64,000 bases of DNA from Eledone cirrhosa (lineage: Eukaryota): the NCBI GenBank assembly GCA_964016885.1, contig OZ024742.1:60078001-60142000 (forward strand). The letters run 5' to 3'. A program made the position numbers and the translations under genes. Shown in pieces: positions 60,284-64,000 of this stretch. Every line of letters starts with the position of its first letter. Positions within the stretch are counted from its first letter, which is position 1. The notes beneath the pieces were generated by a model. It was not told where the DNA came from, ran no database searches, and saw only the letters and a list, made by a program, of their open reading frames with translations.

Positions 60284-61079
60284 AGCGTATTTTCAACGAC
60301 CATTCCACTTATTACAATGAAGCTCTTGCTCGAAGTGGATTTGTCGATAAGGTAGCATATACAGAGTACGAAAATAGACCTAGAAGAAATAGATCCCGTC
60401 GCATTTGTTGGTATATCCCACCATATAACATGGAGGTGGCCACACCATTAGCTAAGATCTTTCTTTCCATAATTACGTAGCATTTTCCCCCTACACATAA
60501 AATAGTAAAATTTTTAATAGAAATACTATTAAAATTTCTTACTCTACGACTCCTAACCTTGCACATAAGATCACAGCTTCAAATTTAGCTAAACTACCTA
60601 GCCGTAGGAACACGTGCAACCCTGTAGTTAGTAGTAACTGTAATTGTAGGAATCGGGTTGATTGCCCCCTATCCGGGAAATGCCTCTCTAGTAACATTGT
60701 CTACAAATGTAAGGTTGTAACACCCACGTCCCGTAGGGCCTACATAGGGTTAACTGCCAATAGATTCAAGCAGCGTCTTTACATGCATACCCATTCTTTT
60801 CGTTACCCTATATGAAGGAATATGACGTCACTTTCAGCTTATATCTGGAGTCTAAAAGACAACCACACCCAATATAAGTTACACTGGGAGGACCTAGCTA
60901 GGGCTAGATCGTATAACGGAAATAAAAGACCATGTGACCTCTGCGCCGCTGAGGCCCTGGAAATACTCTACGCCACAGACCACATCTTAAACAAAAAATC
61001 TGAGGCAATTTCGGCTTGTAAACAGAAATTGCACAAAACTTTCCTGTATTACAGCCCCACGTTATACCCTAACGGATAG
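60284..61079 (+). pseudogene. PLE RT C-terminus/linker and GIY-YIG endonuclease remnant
   Basis: WYIPPYN...HFPPTH..KIFNRNTIKISYS; CNCRNRVDCPLSGKCLSSNIVY...YIGLT..FKQR..H..SF; TSLSAYIWSLK; CDLC..E; LNKKSE. Confidence 0.9.
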
Positions 61080-62008
61080 TACGATCTATACGTGGATATT
61101 TTACGTCTCGATGTGGGAGCTAAGTATATGTTTTGTTTATACCTTTACTTATTTGCATAGGTAAGTATATATTATCCGTATATTTTGTGAAGGTACGTAT
61201 ACCTTCTCGTACGTATATCTGATTGTTATGGCGTATAATTTTTTTAATATATTCTGGTACATATGGTTCGGCTATGTGTATACGGGAGTTTTGCGTCTGT
61301 GTGAGTATGTAGGTTCGTACGTATGTAGGGCGTGTGTGTATGTGTACTTCATGTTTTGCTTGACTTACGTCTCAGAACACTCGTGTATTTACATGTGGGT
61401 ATGTGTGCGCGCTTGTTATATACGTATTTATTTATTTATATACGTTTATATAATTATTTTTTTATTGGTATACACGCTTACACACACACACATATTTACA
61501 TGTGCGTGGTTTTGTGTACCTATGGTAAGTAAATTTTTGCGTATGCTTGTGTATGTACGTATTTGTTTGCGTGTATGCATTTATTTATTTCTGTTACTTT
61601 TGTATTGTAATTATTTACTTTGTTCTTAACTCTGTAGCGGAGATTCATTCGGTCTCCTAGTTAGAATTTAGTCTACGACTTCTGCTATACCATTTACGTG
61701 GTTTTGTCTTTGCGTGCTATTGTTCTCCACGCAGCACATATGACGTATTATCTTCGTTAATTGCCAGAGAACGTCTCTATGCACCACCTAAGAGAACATT
61801 AGTCTACGACCTCTTTTATACCATAAACGTGGTTCTGTCTTTGCGCGTAATTGTTTTACACCGCTCCTATTAATGACGTATCTTATTTGTTTTTTTCCCG
61901 TTCTTCGCCAGCGAACGTTTCCACGAACCAAAGTATCGTCTTCCTGTCCTCCTCCGGTTGCAACGTTTTTTGAAATATGCAGTTCTGCGTTTACAGATTG
62001 ACTTTGTT

Positions 62009-62059
62009 AGTTTCAGAAGATCCCGTTAAGGGTGAAAGCAGCGATTCTTTGCTTAAAAT
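62009..62059 (+). ncRNA. Variant hammerhead (CAGAAGA core), family F
   Basis: agttt CAGAAGA t CCC gttaa GGG t GAA AGCAG cgattct TTGCT T aaa(c/a)t. Confidence 0.62.
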
Positions 62060-62079
62060 TTAATCTGTTATTTTAATAA

Positions 62080-62148
<69 letters not shown>

Positions 62149-62251
62149 TATATATAAATAAATATATATATATATATCTATATAAATATATATATGTGTA
62201 TAAATATATATATAAATAAATATATATATAAATAAAATATATATATATATA

Positions 62252-62683
62252 TACAGGTACACATACATATATGCACGCATCAGTTTAGCGGACGCTTATT
62301 ATAACGCCGCTTTGTTCGTTTGTAAACAAACTGAACAGCCTGAATTTATGCCATACGGTGTTAAGGCAACCACGTCACCTTTTTGTTCAACACTGACACA
62401 GGAACGATGTACTAGTTTCAAGCTTGTTAGCTATCATCAGCACTGTATATCCATCTGCCAGATAGTTGAACGTTCGAAAGTATATACTTTCCTTATGAAA
62501 ATTAACGGCTGAGCAGCCTAATTTGCATATTGAGTGAGTTAAATCGGTCAGGCATACCGAAAACGCTAAGTTGAAATGAAATGAAAACGAAATTTTATTT
62601 CTCACTCTTAGTATGGCACTTACTTAAATGTAAGTATGTATTTATACGTACATACATATATGTATACAGACGTACAGTAGAAT

Positions 62684-62736
<53 letters not shown>

Positions 62737-63167
62737 GTGCATGCTACTGTACGTCTGTATACATATATGTATGTACGTATACATACATACTTACATTTAA
62801 GTAAGTGCCATCCTAAGAGTGAGAAATGAAATTTCGTTTTCATTTCATTTCAACTTATAGTTTTCGGTATGCCTGACCGATTTAACTCACTCAATATGCA
62901 AATTAGGCTGCTCAGCCGTTAATTTTCATACGGAAAGTATATACTTTCGAACGTTCAACTATCTGGCAGATGGGTATACGGTGCTGATGATAGCTAACAA
63001 GCTTGAAACTAGTACATCGTTCCTGTGTCAGTGTTGAACAAAAAGGTGACGTGGTTGCCTTAACACCGTATGGCATAAATTCAGGCTGTTCAGTTTGTTT
63101 ACAAACGAACAAAGCGGCGTTATAATAAGCGTCCGCTAAACTGATGCGTGCATATATGTATGTGTAC

Positions 63168-63228
<61 letters not shown>

Positions 63229-63342
63229 TGCTACTGTACGTCTGTATACATATATGTATGTACGTATACATACATACTTACATTTAAGTAAGTGCCATAC
63301 TAAGAGTGAGTAATGAAATTTCGTTTTCATTTTATTTCAACT

Positions 63343-63345
<3 letters not shown>
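62252..63345. mobile_element. Family R palindrome centred on (TA)n, with tandem continuation
   Basis: Arms ~62252-62688 and ~62737-63172; HHRs at 62404-62446 (-) and 62978-63020 (+); 63225-63342 repeats 62739-62857. Confidence 0.88.
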
Positions 63346-63374
<29 letters not shown>

Positions 63375-63471
63375 TATAAATATATATATATAAATATATA
63401 TATATAAATATATATATAAATAAATATATATAAATATATATATAAATAAATATATATAAATATATATATAA

Positions 63472-63516
<45 letters not shown>

Positions 63517-63561
63517 TATATATATAAATATATATGTATATATATATATATATATAAATAA

Positions 63562-63652
<91 letters not shown>

Positions 63653-63663
63653 TATATAAATAA

Positions 63664-63710
<47 letters not shown>

Positions 63711-63780
63711 TATATAAATAAATAAATATATATATATATATATATAAATATATATAAATAAATAAATATATATATATATA

Positions 63781-64000
63781 TAGTAATAATAATAAAATTG
63801 AATACTAAAATCCAAAGAGGACTCGATAAGGATAAATATATATCAAATATATAAGAACCGTAGTGCAAATATTTATTAAATAACAGATTAAAGTTTAAGC
63901 AAAGAATCGCTGCTTTCAACCTTAAAGGGATCTTCTGATTGCAACGTTTTTTGAAATATCTAGTTCTGCGTTTACATATTGATTTTGTTAGTTTCAGAAG
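63781..64000. mobile_element. Family F fold-back, running off the window end
   Basis: 63781-63938 is the tailed arm; 63939-64000 switches strand and matches 61958-62019. Confidence 0.85.

Larger units (their letters stand above)
60083..62080 (+). mobile_element. 5'-truncated Nematis-type Penelope-like element bounded by inverted family F pseudo-LTRs
   Basis: Arms 60170-60282 and 61970-62080 are inverted; ORF remnant 60284-61079; GT-rich 3' region. Confidence 0.88.

Overview
AT-rich animal genomic DNA, probably from an octopus or other coleoid cephalopod (inferred from the SINE family and the very long (TA)n arrays). One intact host gene is visible: a single-coding-exon class A GPCR (11371-12606, minus strand). 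The rest is microsatellite and mobile DNA: a CR1-group LINE, an RTE fragment, a full-length decayed Tx1/L1-type LINE and two Dong/R4 fragments in an (AAT)n tract, an Ingi/Vingi-like remnant, about 10 tRNA-derived SINEs with target-site duplications (TSDs), and three Penelope-like (PLE) GIY-YIG remnants. The most striking signal is a recurring non-coding architecture: (TA)n, a short inverted arm, a fold point or spacer, an arm carrying a type I hammerhead ribozyme (HHR), a unique 3' tail, then (TA)n. Hand-folding finds HHRs in about nine sequence-unrelated families, with stem-preserving substitutions between copies. One such pair of inverted arms encloses a PLE ORF remnant, which suggests these are PLE-mobilised, TA-targeted, ribozyme-bearing fold-back elements. 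All folds and alignments were done by eye and ribozyme activity is untested.
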